Source: the human T2T-CHM13v2.0 reference genome, Homo sapiens | Length of the DNA: 64,000 nt | Direction: 5' to 3' (one strand) | Assembly: GCF_009914755.1 (NCBI RefSeq) | Contig: NC_060931.1 | In this document: positions 1-15,537 of the stretch, piece after piece | Layout: each line of letters starts with the position of its first letter | Position numbering within the stretch: the first letter of the stretch is position 1 | Translations under genes and position numbers: made by a program | Notes under the pieces: model-generated | What the model was told of the DNA's origin: nothing | Databases searched by the model: none | What the model saw: the letters and a program-made list of their open reading frames with translations, nothing else

Positions 1-267
1 GATTTATTAATCAGAAATTGGTACAGTGACACCATCTAATTCTGTCGATTCTATGCAAGTTTTGCCAATGGTTACAATATGCTTTACAGCAAAATAATTC
101 AGTTCACAATCATGCCTTCCATTTAGTAGCCGTGTCTCTCCAGACTCCTTTTTTTCTGCAAAAGTTCCTCAATTTTTCCTTAACTTTAGTGACCTTGACC
201 TTGATAGTTTTGATGAATACATGCCAGTTATTTTGTAGAATACCATTCAATTTGAATTTGTTCAGTA

Positions 268-568
268 GTTTTGTTTTTTTTTTTAAATAGACAATCTTGC
301 TCTGTCACCCAGGCTGGAGTGCAGTGGTGTGATCATGGCTCACTGCAGCCTCGACCTCCCAGGCTCAAGTGATCCTCCCCCTCAGCTTCCCAAGTAGCTG
401 GGTCCACAGGCACATGCCACCACACCCAGCTAATTTTTTTGTAATTTTTGTAGAGCTGGGTTCTCACTATTTTGCCCAGGCTGGTCTCAAACTCCTGGGC
501 TTTAGTGATGCTCCCACCTCGGCCTCCCAAAATGCCAGGATTATAGGTATGAACCACTGCACCTGGCC
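268..568 (-). mobile_element. AluJ
   Basis: Antisense dimeric Alu with J-type diagnostics (gatcatggctcactgcagcctcgacctcc). Confidence 0.9.
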
Positions 569-822
569 TCAATGGTTCCTCATGATTGAATTCAGGTTAT
601 GTAGGTACCCTTGGCTGTGATGATGCTATGTTTTTCTCATAGAATCCTATCAGGTAGCAAATGATTTTTCTTGGTCCCATTATTGATTATTCTCATTGTG
701 ATTACTTGACTAAGATGGTGTCTGTGAGGATTCTCTATTATATTCTATTCTCTTTTGTAGATAACAAGCATTTTTGTGGAAACACTTTGAAACTGTAAAT
801 TCTTTATCAGACGCTTAATGTA

Positions 823-1321
823 CAGTCATGTGTTGCTTAATGACAATCCCTCCTTTCTGGAATACCTCCTGAAGGACCTGCTTGAAGCTGTTTTACAGTG
901 AGCTAAGTAGGAGTACACTCTAAAATAATGATAAAAGTGTAGTAAATACATAAACCAGGAATATAGTCATTTATTATCCTTTTCAAGTGTACTGTACTGT
1001 ACATAATTATATGTGCTATACTTTATTTAATTGGAAGCTGCAGTAGGTTACAAAAGTGAGTAATTATTTGTGCTACAGTGTTATAATGGCTGCAAAATCA
1101 TTAGGTGATAGGAATCTTTCAGTTCCATTTTAATCTTTTGGTATATAATCTTGGCAGTAGGTTACAAAGTGAGTAATTAGTTGTGCTACAGTGTTACAAT
1201 GGCTGCAACATCATTAGGTGATAGGAACCTTTCAGTTCCACTTTAATCTTTTGGTATATAATCTTGCACTGTTTAACGTGGTCTGTCATTGACAGATATG
1301 TTGTTATGTGGTGCATGACTG
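823..1321 (-). mobile_element. Tigger3-family non-autonomous DNA transposon with an internal tandem duplication
   Basis: Terminal inverted repeats CAGTCATG...CATGACTG with TA target duplications at 821-822 and 1322-1323. Confidence 0.8.
1040..1266. repeat. Tandem duplication, 2 x ~114 bp
   Basis: gcagtaggttac...gtatataatcttg at 1040-1153 and 1154-1266 with few differences. Confidence 0.93.
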
Positions 1322-1334
1322 TATTCATTTACTT

Positions 1335-1642
1335 CTGCTGCTGCTGCTGCTGCTGCTTCTTCTTTTTACTTCTTTTTTGTTTTGTTTTGTTTTGTTTTTT
1401 GAGATAGACTTTTGCTCTTGTTGCCTAGGCTGGAGTTCTATGGTGCAATCTTGGCTCACTGCACCCTCCGCCTCCCAGGTTCAAGTGATTCTCCTGCCTC
1501 AGCTTCCTGAGTAGCTAGGATTACGGGCATGCACCATCACGCCCGGCTAATTTTGTATTTTTAGTGGAGATGGGGTTTCTCCATGTCGGTCAGGCTGGTC
1601 TCGAACTCCCAACTTCAGGTGATCCGCCTGCCTCGGCCTCCC
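1335..1642 (-). mobile_element. AluS (slightly 5'-truncated) with (CTG)7 in its tail
   Basis: Alu body at 1400-1642; (CTG)7 at 1335-1355. Confidence 0.88.
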
Positions 1643-2005
1643 CATTTACTTCTTTAAACCAGTGTAGACTCCTGCTTTTCTGTTGTATTCAGTGGGATAT
1701 AGCCTATTTTTACTAACATTATTTTAATACTCAAATTGTCCTAGATTTGGCCCATGGGAGCCCCTTCAAGCTAACTTCTCTATCCTTTTGACATGTCCCT
1801 ATTATTCTTGGAGGACTTGATTACTTTCTAAGATGTCCCAGTCTCATCTTGCACTTTTCCTGTTCCATTCTTGGAATCAGCAGTTTCTCTGAGGATCCCT
1901 TTTTCATTTTAGTGGAGAAAAATATTTAGAAGCCAAGATCTGGGCACAAGGTATACTTGTTGCCATTGAGGAGTTGCTGTTCCCAGTCCTCTCAGGGGAG
2001 AGTAA

Positions 2006-2396
<391 letters not shown>

Positions 2397-3271
2397 TGAA
2401 ATTATAAGTTCATATTGATATCGCAGATCCTCATCTAATCTCTCTGTTTCCTTCTTTTCATATTTGTTCATTTCCTGAAAATCAGAAATGTGGGTCCCAT
2501 TATCCTTAATATATTTACTTATTTGCTTAACCCATCTGTATGTAACCAGTATCTCTTAATATCCCCCCTCACCTCACTCTGGCTCTGATATCACATGCTT
2601 GGGTTTTGAAACCACATGCTGAGCATCCTCCTCAGAGGCCTTGCTCAGTTGTCTGGGCTCCAGCACCCAATATCCTCTACATCCATCCCCCTTCCCCTAG
2701 GGGATGCCTCCTTATACACACTGGGCTCTGACACCACATGCAGCCTGCCCCCTGTTCTTATACCCTCCTTTCTCTGCTTGGGCCATGACACCCTAAGCAG
2801 GGCTGCCGCATGCATCGATGCTGTCCTCACCTTGCTGAGTCTCAGTGCCGCTACCAACCCCCACTGTCTGTCTTCACCCAAGCATAGATACCTACCTCGC
2901 TTGGCCCCACCTATGACTTTAGAACTATGTAGGAAGGGGAAGACAAAGAGGAGGTGGGCCCACCTTTATGATTGATTCTCCTCTCACCCCTTTCTCTTTC
3001 TTGCTACCTTTAAGAAAATCCAAATAATATATTAATCAGTTACTACATACTTAAAGTTTTTGGTCTCATTCTTGGTTCCAAAGTCATGTCCTCTTTCATT
3101 AAGCTAAGCTCTCATCTATTTGTCACATCCTTTGGTTCTTAAGGTGATATCGATCAAATTATGTGAAGATGTAAGGCCTTGAAGAAACCTTGCAAACCTT
3201 GCCACAAAGAGCATGTCTATTGGAAAGCAGCAGTTTGAATGCTAGCTCCAGTTTGCACGTATTTATGTCAG

Positions 3272-3272
<1 letters not shown>

Positions 3273-3305
<33 letters not shown>
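3273..3305. repeat. (TG)n microsatellite
   Basis: About 16 uninterrupted TG units. Confidence 0.95.
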
Positions 3306-3306
<1 letters not shown>

Positions 3307-3393
3307 TATCTGTCTGAGAAAGAAGAGAAACTTTTGAAATTGGGCTGAATAATTTATAAAGGACTCCCTTGTTGTGATAGTCTTTAAACATCC

Positions 3394-3517
3394 CCAGATC
3401 TGGCCTGTCAATCTGAGACTTCTCAGCCTCCATAACTGCAAGAAATAAATTCCTTTTCTTTATAAATTACCTAGTTTCAGGTATTCTATTATGAGCAACA
3501 GAAAATAGACTAATACA
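3394..3517 (+). mobile_element. MaLR LTR 3' fragment (MST/MLT1A-like)
   Basis: agaaataaattcc...ttataaattac...agactaataca terminus. Confidence 0.7.
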
Positions 3518-4167
3518 GGCTCTGTTTTCTTTTAAGATGGCAGCAGTCTGGTTAATCCTAAAGTCTGTGGGATTATCTGTTATACAATAGCGCATCTCTC
3601 TTTTCCATGTTGGGGTCGGTTACGTGTGCCCTAAACTAAGTGCTCAGTGAGTTTCTGTGCACTTCTTCTATTGTATTACTTAATTTTTTCCCAAGGACCC
3701 AGTAATAGATGGCAGGGGGTGGGGTAGATGAGGAGATGACTCTATCACTTAATGTCTGTATGACTTAGGATACATTATTTAATACGTGAGGGTCAGTTTT
3801 CTCATTTGTACAGTGGGGATTTTAATAACTTTCTTACCCTGTTCCTGTGAGGGTTAAATGAGATACAACATATGTAAATATGCCCAACACATGTGCAGAG
3901 TCAGTGCTCAATATAGGCATTTGCTTTCCTCTACTATGGGTTTAAGATTCATGCAAGGATGTTAAAACAGCTCAATCTGGACTGTTCTCATGACCATTCA
4001 GACTTAATATTTACCCTAAAACTGGCATTACCCTTGATTTAGTCATGACGTGATTATTAAATTTGTTAAAAAAATTGGGTCCTGTATAAGAACTGCCCAT
4101 GATTTGGATTTTGGCAGGTAATTTAGCTGTACCATCAATGGTAACTGTTTATCCAGAGTAATTCTTT

Positions 4168-4186
4168 CTACCACTAGATGGTGCTT
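4168..4186 (+). promoter_or_regulatory. CTCF motif
   Basis: CCACTAGATGGTGC at 4171-4184 fits CCACYAGRKGGCGC with one mismatch. Confidence 0.5.
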
Positions 4187-4916
4187 GTCCATATATTTGT
4201 GAGGCTCTCCTATATAAAGTTACATAATTTGGGGTAAAACACATCTTGTTGACCTTTGAGAATTGTATAGTGGTATTGATACTCATGTTCACCTTGTTGA
4301 TGAGATGTTTTTAAGGGTAAAATTTAGGGTAGGATTTGATGAAAATTTAAAAGTTTGGATCACTTTGTTTACCCATAGCATTCCCAAGTCCTAAGTATAA
4401 GATATTTACTAAAAAAATGATGAGATGGGAAGAATTAATGTGGGTAATATGGTATTCGTATTTTTGAAATGTGTGCGAAATTGGACCTAGGCTAGTTCAT
4501 GAATTTGTTAGAAGTATCAAGATAATTAAGCAACCTGTAGGCCCACATAATTTCCTCTTGATTTTTCAATATGAACAGAAAAGCTTAGCAGACATTTCAC
4601 ACTCAAATGTACTAGTAGTGGATAGTCAACATCACATACAACTCAGAGTATGCATCATTTGAAGTATGGTGACATCAAAAAATATAAAGCAATTTTTGTT
4701 TTACTTTCTGAACAAATTCAACAAGCAAATTCAACGTGCCTCACATGGGGCTACAGAGATGAGACATAGTCCCTTCTTTCATGAAGTTAGGAATAATTAA
4801 TTGTGTTTGACTGAGGTTAGCTGGTATAATAGAGATTGTGTGGGATCAGAGGAAAAGGTGATCAGAATTTGTGTTATGCAACTATTTTAGATGAGCTGTG
4901 AGGAAATCCCTGCTAG

Positions 4917-5345
<429 letters not shown>

Positions 5346-6881
5346 TGAGTAGAGTCTATTTTAGTTGAAAGTGGGATGATTCTGCTGTTTCATTCTAACT
5401 GTAAGTGGAAAGGAGGGGAGGAGATGGGACTGGTGGTGAATTGAGAGTTGAGGGGTACTGAAGCAGAGTCAATGAGTTGAGAGGTGGTGGTCATGTAGGA
5501 TAAGGGGTTTTATTTGTAAGCAACAGAAACTGACTCTATTTTAAGGAAAAGTGAAAAATTTTCAGAATCTAATAAAAAGCTGAAAAATTCAGTTTCAGAA
5601 AGGACAAAATCAAGAGCATTTTCAGGGATTTAGGTAGTAGGAAATAATAAATCATTTTCTGAGAATGCCACTGTAAGAATAAATGGATTCCAGCTGCTTC
5701 AGTTTTTTTCTTTTATTATTTAAAAAAATCACTGATAAATACCATATTCTTTGCAGACAGCATAAGTACCAATCCCAGTTGACATCAGATGAAATGGGGA
5801 AGGCTAGTGTGAGGGAAAAGAGGAGCAGGTTTTGGCGGAAAGACTAGTTTTGGATGTCAGTGGAAGAGATTCAAATATTCAAATTGAGATATTGGGTAGG
5901 TAGTTGGATATGTGAGTCTGGAGGTAGAGAGAGAGAGATTTCAGATAGGTGGTATTTAAAGTCATGGGATTAGATATGGTTACTAAAGAAGTGAGTATAC
6001 ATGAGAGTCCTTAAATTGCATGGTGGGGCTTTCCAACCCAAAGAGGATGGGAGGAAGAAGAACCGGCAAAGGAGACTGAGAAGGATGATTAAGAACTTCT
6101 GCTGCTGGGCCTTTAAGTGAGAATTCATGTGTGTGTTCAAATTCTCTGAGCCCTTTCACATAGTCTGCCTATCCACATTCTTAATCTCCAACCTTTGTGC
6201 TACCAATCCTTCAGTCCAGCTTTTTCAGCAGGACATTAGACATTGCTCAGGAATTTATATAGATTCTGATCCTATGGCTTTTCTTCTGGCAGACAAAGTA
6301 AGAAGATGTATTATTTGAAGACTCTCTCTTCTTCATTATTCTCAGTCACCCCAAAGAAGAGCTATAAGCAGTAAATGAGTACTGGCATGTCACATAGAGC
6401 CATCAAAATGGGCTGGGTATTTTTCATCTTTAAGTATCTAACTGGGTTCTGGGTGAGTCCCCATGAACTGGTATATGTTTGAGGCACAGGAGTAGACTTA
6501 CTGGGTGTGCACATCCTATTATGCAACGTCCTGGGCCTTTGGGCCTGCTGTGGCATCACTGGCTTGGCTGTTCAAGGCTGCAGCAAGAAAACTGCTCCTC
6601 TTTTGACGTTCTTTGCCTAGTCCCAGATTCTTGTCACTAAAAATTGGCCTCTGATTTGGTTCCTGACTCTGCATCACACCCTGAACTTCAGACATACTGA
6701 TTTTCCATGAGATTGCTCTTGGCACCAGTCCCTTCACTTATATTGGCCACATTTCTTCAGAGTAATTTCTGACCTTTTTATTGGCTTAGATACCTCAAAG
6801 GAAAGAAACCTATTATCAGGGGCTTCTCTTGTTCACGTCTGGCATCAGTCTCTCTTTGGTACCAGAAATCACCCACTGTGA

Positions 6882-7215
<334 letters not shown>

Positions 7216-7724
7216 TAGCCAGTCCTAATATAATGAATCATTTTTCTCCTTTGCTAGTTCAGGAGTACTGGCTGAACTAGTTAAATTAACCCCTATTATG
7301 ACTTGTAAAAATCCAAACTGCTTGAAACATTTATATAATTCTATAGGAGGCCTCCTATTTTCCTGAATCAGCCCATATCTCAGCTACATTAGTTGCTTTG
7401 ATGAACTTGGAGGTCAGAGTGTTTACGTGGATCTCTTTGGAGTAATGTTGGTAGAAAATTAGGTTTTGAGTTTACCCACTTTTATAAAATGGAATGTTTA
7501 TTGATATTTTTAAAATGACACTGAGGGATATTTTCTCTTCTGCTTTCTTTCATTAAACTGGTTCGCTTGAAGCCAATATTTTAGCAGTCTGCTGCATTTA
7601 GTTTTTACTGTATTTTTCAGAGAGTCCTTTAACATTGTTATATACAGATTTCATAGTCATTTATTTTTAAATTTTATTATAAAGCTAATTCATCTTTGCA
7701 GACCAGTGTATTTTAATAATATTA

Positions 7725-7743
7725 TGATCACTAGAGGGCACTC
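7725..7743 (+). promoter_or_regulatory. CTCF motif
   Basis: TGATCACTAGAGGGCACTC closely fits the CTCF core consensus. Confidence 0.5.
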
Positions 7744-8154
7744 TTTAAAAGATAAAGCAGATTTTTTTCATTTCTCGATTTTTGAAATCTATGTGATCAT
7801 AGCTATTGAAATAATTGAAGGTAGTGATTAAAATGATTGTTGTGTTCTGATTAAATATGGAAGCATAAATCATAATCTATAAAGGATACCGAAAATACTT
7901 TAAATAATCAACCAAATACAGGAATGGAGATGTTGTTACTTGAATTGACTATCCAACTTGCCTCAGACTGAACTTCCAAAATGCACACTTTTAACATGAC
8001 AGACTTGGACACTAATGCTGTGAAACATATATATATTTTTAAAATTCAGCAAATAGCAAATACCTACTGAGGGTTTATGATGCTCTAGGCTCCCTAGAGG
8101 ACACAAAAATGATTTAGATACAACCCTTGTCCACAGCGAATGTATGATCTAGCA

Positions 8155-8472
8155 TAGAGGTATCCAACAGAAATATGATATACAAGCCACACATGAGCCA
8201 CATATGAAATTCTAGAAGACACATTAACAAAGAGAAACAGATAAAATCAATTTTTGTACTGCCTTTTATATAACCCCATATATTCAAGATATTATCATTT
8301 CAAAATGTATTGAATATAAAAATTATTAATGAGATATTTACAGGTTGTTTTTGGTATTGAGTCTGAAATGCAGTGTGTACTTTACATTTCTAGCACATCT
8401 TCCCTTGCATTGGCCACATTTCAAGTGCTCAGTAGCCATATGTAGCTCGTGCTACCCTTTTGGACAGTGCAG
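8155..8472. mobile_element. MER33-like hAT-Charlie element
   Basis: tccaacagaaatat...agccacat start and gccacatttcaagtgctcagtagccatatgt...tggacagtgcag end. Confidence 0.65.
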
Positions 8473-8737
8473 CTCTGGGTCCCTTCACAGCTGTGGAGCT
8501 CACCTTTTTCACTAGGCTGCATCCTGGAGATTTAGGTAATAGCCTGTCAATCTTCATTGAGGTATCATTTATATATGAAGAAATTCACCCATTGTAGTGT
8601 GCAATTCTGTTACCCCCTCTCTTTTAAACAGCATCTGTTCTTATTCCAAGGATATAACATCTTATCTCTCTGAGTTTTTTTTTTTTGTTTTGTTGGTTGT
8701 TTTTGTCAGTATTTTGTTAGAAATTTTCCTCAAATGA

Positions 8738-9009
8738 GGCTGTAATCCCAGCACTTTGGGAGGCTGAGGTGGGAGGATTGCTTGAGTCCGGGAGTTTGAG
8801 ACCAGCATGGGCAACATAGTGAGACCCCCATCTCTAAAAAAATTTTTTAATTAGCTGGGCATGGTGACATGTACCTGTAGTCCTAGCTGCTCAGGAGGCT
8901 GAGGTGGGAGGATCATTTGAGCCCAGGAGTTCAAGGTTACAGTGAAGTTTGATTGTGCCAGTGCACTCTAGCCTAGGTGACAGAGTGATACCCTCTCTCC
9001 AAAAAAAAA
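8738..9009 (+). mobile_element. AluJ
   Basis: Sense Alu with gaggattgcttgag J diagnostics and an A tail. Confidence 0.88.
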
Positions 9010-9033
9010 TTTTTTTTTCCTTGTGTCTGGTGA

Positions 9034-9396
<363 letters not shown>

Positions 9397-10466
9397 GGTG
9401 ATTAACCTTTGATTTCTCTGTAGAGTGAGTGAGTAAGTGAATGAGTAAAAATGAGTAATTTCTCCTTCAGCTTTCCTCTTTATCCTGCTTGGACCGTTTT
9501 CTTTCTATTCTGGGTAAACTCATTCCTTTTACTTTTGACTAGCTCTGCTTGTGCCTAGGAATCAATCCCCTTCCTCTAAGGGCTTAGTGTTGTTTTGTTT
9601 TGTTCTGTTGTATGCACACAGGGGAAACAACATTTTAAAAAATGTTATAATGGTCCAGGTTGTTATAATTCCACTGAAAAAAATAAAAGATGGTAGAAGT
9701 TAGGTGGATTACTTTCTCTTTGTGATATAATTTGCAGTATACAAGCATAGGTTGAACTATCTATTCTGTGTACTTTCCTTTAGAAAGCTGCATACCCATA
9801 CTCTTTTCAGGTTTCTAATTAAATGTCACCTTCTAAGTTCAGCTTTCCATGACCCTTTAAAATTGTAAATCCCCTTCCATACCCATCTATATACCTGGCA
9901 CTGACTGTTCCTTTTTCTTGCTTTGTTACTATTTTTTAGTTGCACTTACCATTATCTGACACACCATATACTTTACTAATGTCTTTCCCTCCCCAAAATG
10001 AGAATGGAAAATTTAAAAAGTAGACTTTAAAATTAATGTAACATTCATACAGAAAAGAGCAGATATTCTAAGTTTAAAGCTTGGTGAATTTTCATTAAGT
10101 GACACATAGATTTGATTACCGTGTCCCAGATCAAGAAACAGAACATTACCAGTACTGAGAGGCCTTCCATATGCCCCTTCCTATCACTAACCCTGACCCA
10201 AATCCCTCCTCAAAGGTTTCTTCGTTCTCGTTGCATTGGTTTGCATAGTACTCCATTGTATGATCACATTTTATTTATCTATTATACTTTTGATGTATAT
10301 TTGGGTGGTTTCCAGTTGGACCTATTATGAATAGTTAGTATTTTGTTTTGAAAAAGCCTGAAAGGTTCCTAGGCTACTACTTTTTCCACCCTGACACATG
10401 CCTCCTTTGAGGCATTAAGCAGGGCTCTCTGCTTGAATGTGGGGAGGCAGAAATGTTATTCAGCCA

Positions 10467-12729
10467 TGTATTAGTCTGTTTTCATGCTACTGATAAAGAT
10501 ATGCCCAAGACTTGGAAGAAAAAGAGGTTTAATTGGACTTACAGTTCCTCATGGCAGGGGAGGCTTCAGAATCATGGGGGGAGGCAAAAGGCACTTCTTA
10601 CATGGTGGCGGCAAGAGAAAATGAGGAAGATGCAAAAGCAGAAACCCCTCATAAAACCATCAGATCTTGTGAGACTTGTTCACTACCAAGAGAACAATAT
10701 GGGTGAAACCGCCCCCATGATTCAAATTATCTCCTACTGACACCCTCCCACAACACGTGGGAATTAGAAGAGTACAATTCAAGATGAGATTTGGGTGGGG
10801 ACACAGAGCCAAACCATATCATTTCACCTCTGGCCTCTCCAAATTTCATGTCCTCACATTTCAAAACCAATCATGCCTTCCCAACAGTCCCCCAAAGTCT
10901 TAACTCATTTCAGCATTAACCCAAAAGTCCACAGTCCAAAGTTACATCTGAGACAAGGCAAATCCCTTCTGCCTATGAGCCTGTAAAGTCAAAAGCAAGC
11001 TAATTACGTCCTAGTACAGATGTTGGGTAAAAACAGCCATTCCAATGGGAGAAATTGGCCAAAACAAAGGGGTTACAGGGCCCAACCAAGTCTAAAATCT
11101 AGTGGGGCAGTCAAATTTTAAAGCTCCAAAATGATCTCCTTTGACTCCAGGTCTCACATCCCGGTCACACTGATGCAAGAGGTGGGTTCCCATGGCCTTG
11201 GGCAGCTCTGCCCCCATGGCTTTGCAAGGTACTGCCTCTCTCCCACTGCTTTCATGGGCTGGTGTTGAGTGTCTGTGGCTGTTCCAGGTTCATGATGCAA
11301 ACTGTAGGTGGAGCTACTATTCTGGGGTCTGGAGAACAGTGGCCCTCTTTTCACAGCTCCACTAGGCAGAGCACCAGTAGGGACTCTATGTGAGGGCTCT
11401 GACCCTTCATTTCCCTTCTGCACTGCCCTAGCAGAGGTTCTCCATGAGAGCCCTATACCTGCAGTGAACTTCTGCCTGGGCATCCAGGCATCTCCATACG
11501 TCTTCTGAAATCTACGTGGTTTCCCAAACCCCAATTCTTGACTTCTGTGCATCTGCAGGTTCAACACCATGTGGAAGCTTCCAAGGCTTGGGCTTGCATC
11601 CTCTGAAGCCATGGCCTGAGCTTTATACTGGCCCCTTTCAGTCACGGCTGGAGCAGCTGGGATGCAGGGCACAAAGTCCCTAGACTGCACACAGCACGGG
11701 ACCCTGGCCCCTGCCCATGAAACCATTTCTTCCTCCTAGACCTCCAGGTCTGTGATGAGAGAGGCTGCCGCAAAGGTCTCTGACATACCCTGGAGACATT
11801 TTCCCCATTGTCTTGGAGATGAACATTCGGCTCCTCATTACTTATGCAAATATCTGCAGTTGGCTTGAATTTCTCCTCAGAAAATGGGATTTTCTATTGG
11901 CATTGTCAGGTTGCAAATTTTCTGAAGTTTTATGCTCTGCTTCCCTTTTAAAATGGAATGCTTTTAACAGCACCCAAGTCACCCTTGAATGCTTTGCTGC
12001 TTAGAAGTTTCTTCTGCTGGATACCCTAAATTATCTCCCTTAAGTTCAAAGTTCCACAAATCTCTTAGGCAGGGGCAAAGTGCCGCCAGTCTCTTTGGTA
12101 AAACATAATAAGAGTCGCCTTTGCTCCAGTTCCCAAATTCCTCATTTCCATCTGAGATGACCTCAGTCTGGACTTTATTGTCCATATCGCTATCAGCATT
12201 TTGGGCAAAGCCACTCAACAAGTCTCTGGGAAGTTCCAGTCTTTCCCACATTTTCCTGTCTTCTTCTGAGCCTTCCAAACTGTTTCAGCCTCTGCCTGTT
12301 ACCCAGTTCCGAAGTCACTTCCACATTTTCAGGTATCTTTTTAGCAACGCCCCACTCTACTGGCAACAATGTACTGTATTAGTTTGTTTTCACACTGCTG
12401 ATAAAGACATACCTGAGGCTGGGAAGAAAAAGAAGTTTAATTGGACTTACAATTCCACATGGCTGGGGAGGCCTCAGAATCATGGCAGGAGGCAAAAGGC
12501 ACTTCTTACATGGCAGCAGAAAGAGAAAATGAGGAAGATGCAAAAACGGAAACCCCTGATAGAACCATCGTATCTCGTAAGACTTGTTCACTACCATGGG
12601 AACAGTATGGGGAAAACGGCCCCCATGATTCAAATTACCTCCCACCGGCTCCCTCCCACAACACGTGGGGATTATGGGAGTACAATTCAAGATGAGATTT
12701 GGGTGGGGACACAGAGCCAAACCATATCA
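10467..12729 (-). mobile_element. Full-length THE1A MaLR element (LTR 10467-10821, internal 10822-12374, LTR 12375-12729)
   Basis: Two 355-bp direct repeats tgtattagt...accatatca matching recalled THE1A, a ~1.55-kb internal region, and a 5-bp TSD AGCCA/AACCA with one mismatch. Confidence 0.9.
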
Positions 12730-13149
12730 AACCATATTTGCATTCTCCACTAATAGAGCTCCTTGAGAACAGAAATCTTGACTTAATCATCTTGGAAACT
12801 TCAGTGTTTGGCATGGGCCAGGAGCATAATAATCTAAAGACTATTTCTGAGGGATCACATCAGCTTTTATTCTCAGAATAGATACCAGAGCTAGGGGAAA
12901 TAGAGTTTATTTAGAAGGATCAGGGATGAAATTGAGACTCACCATGTAGAAACTTCACAACTAGCAATAAGAGAGGTTCTAAATACATTGAAGGCAGAAA
13001 TGTGGCTAAGGAATCAGTAGTGTACTTTGATTGTATTGTATAAGGTATTTTCAAATAGAAAAGCAGGTAGCAGAAATACTAAAAGAATTTTTTGCTTTAG
13101 TGTAAAGTAGATAATGAGAGGTAGATGCCTAATTTCTTAGTTTTCTTTT

Positions 13150-13472
13150 TAAAATTATGCTAAAATATATCATATCATTTACCATTTTGACTATTTTAAA
13201 AGTATACAGTTCCGTGGCATTAAGTACATTCACATTGTTATGCAGTCGTCACCACTGTTTATCTCTAGAACTTTTTCATTTTCACCAACTGAAACGTTGT
13301 ACCCATTCCACCAACTCCTCCTTCCACCTTCCTGCTAACCCTTGGCAATCACCGTTCTACTTTCTCTCTCTATGAATTTGACTACACTAGGAGCCTAATT
13401 TAAGAGGAATCATGTAATATTTATCCTTTTATGACTAACTTATTTCACTTAATATAATGTCTTCAAGATTCT
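13150..13472 (-). mobile_element. L1MB-like 3' end fragment
   Basis: ggcattaagtacattcacattgtt...cttggcaatcaccgttctactttct...tatgaatttgactac. Confidence 0.75.
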
Positions 13473-15186
13473 AAAATTTTCTGTTGAAGCAAATAGACTG
13501 GAGGATGGTTTGAGGTTGATTAATAAATAAAAAATACTTCACTCTCTGAGATTCAAAGACATCTTTCCAAAAGCATCAAGGAAACTTAAAGGCATAATTA
13601 ATTATTTGCCAAAATATATAATGTTTAACTGACCGGTGATTTTTATGCACAATAAATAATAGAATCATTGACTAAGGAAACAACTATAAATCTTTGGGGA
13701 AAGAAAGCCTGATTTTTATGGTAGAATCTACTAGATATGTCTGGGAGGGTATAATTACCTCCAAACAAGGATAAACCAATGGACGCAATGTTTTTAGATT
13801 AAAAGAAAATCTTTAGTGATATTTTTCTACTCAAGACTATTAAAAATGAATTCATTAACCATTCGAGGGAATACTTCGACATTGGAGGAGTTCTCTCTTA
13901 GAGACCATAATAAAAAAGAGAAGTATTTAGCTGTGGAACATGAAGTGCTAACAGTGGTTTTTCTGTTGGGAAATTGATGCTGGGAATATGTGTAATTTAA
14001 AATGAATGACTAGAGATTGCATGATGTACCAGTCCTTTTCTGTTCGCTCTTTCATACTTACTTTTCACTCTTTTTTTTACCGTTTCCTTCTTTCCTGGGA
14101 GGTAATCAGGATCGACTTTTTCAGTCAAATGTCTTGCATGCCTCTGTATTCTGGTTGGGTTTAGCCCATGGGAGGAAGCCTGGTAGGAGATTGGGGGACT
14201 TAAGGAGAGTGACTTATCTGGCTGTGCTCCTTCACCAAAGCCTGTGCCCTTTCTACACCTTTATTAAATTCTCCTCAAAATCTTCTGAGTGCAGTATCTG
14301 CTTTCTGATATGACCTAAGTAATACACATAACAAAATCTAGTACATAGATGGAAGACAGAAAAGAATCACCAACCCAAGAGATATTAGTCTTGTCTTTGC
14401 TCTTACTCATAAGAGACAAAATAATCTCTATGCCTTTGCCCTTTGACAAATGAGGAATAGTAACCATCCCCGTCCTAGGGTTGTTTTATGGTAATGTACA
14501 TATATACATATCTAAGTTTACCTGAAAGCTTTCTAAAACAGACTACCACCAATGAAAGGCATTATTATTAACACTCATCACCAGTGTGAAATACCAAGTG
14601 AGGAGAATAAACTCTTCATGGTGAGGTGATATGATGGGCTAGAGGTGACATACAAGCTATAAATGGCCAGGGCTGGCACTTATTGGGAGCCCATGGGAAG
14701 CAATCCTGAGTGAGAAGGAAGCTGTTTTACAGAATGTCTTGGATGATGCTGCAGACTGTAATGTCTAGTGTTTTTCTTAGTTTGACTGTGCTTGCCCCTT
14801 CCTCATTCCTGTTATTCAGCTCCTGATATGGATCATAACTTTGAGTATGTCCAGGAATTGCAAACTCAGATGCCTACCTACAGTAGGTGTGAGCTATTTG
14901 TTCCAGTCAGTTGTTGCTGTGAGGGAATGTGGGTTATCTGTGCACCATATCTTCTAACTTTTCAAGGAAAGTTGAAAACGTCAATTTTTATATGAAGTTT
15001 CCCAATTTACAAATGTTAGCAACTAATTAAAATTTTAAAAATTGTGTTTGGGCTGAAAAGACACATGTTTGAGCTAGATATGACCTGTGGGCTGCCAGCT
15101 TTTAATCTCTGCTACATGGCCATCTTGGATTTCCTAGTGACTTTATAGGATTAGACTAGAGTTCCTACCCCTTCTTACCTCCATAA

Positions 15187-15537
<351 letters not shown>

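Noticed and set aside
1335-1355. (CTG)7 repeat
   Set aside because: Short, part of an Alu tail, non-coding.
2616-2975. 119-aa ORF in a GC-richer patch
   Set aside because: Non-descript peptide within a probable L1MC 3'-UTR repeat segment.
11154-12753. 190-aa and 210-aa ORFs
   Set aside because: They lie within the THE1A internal region and LTR; decayed MaLR sequence with no intact gene.
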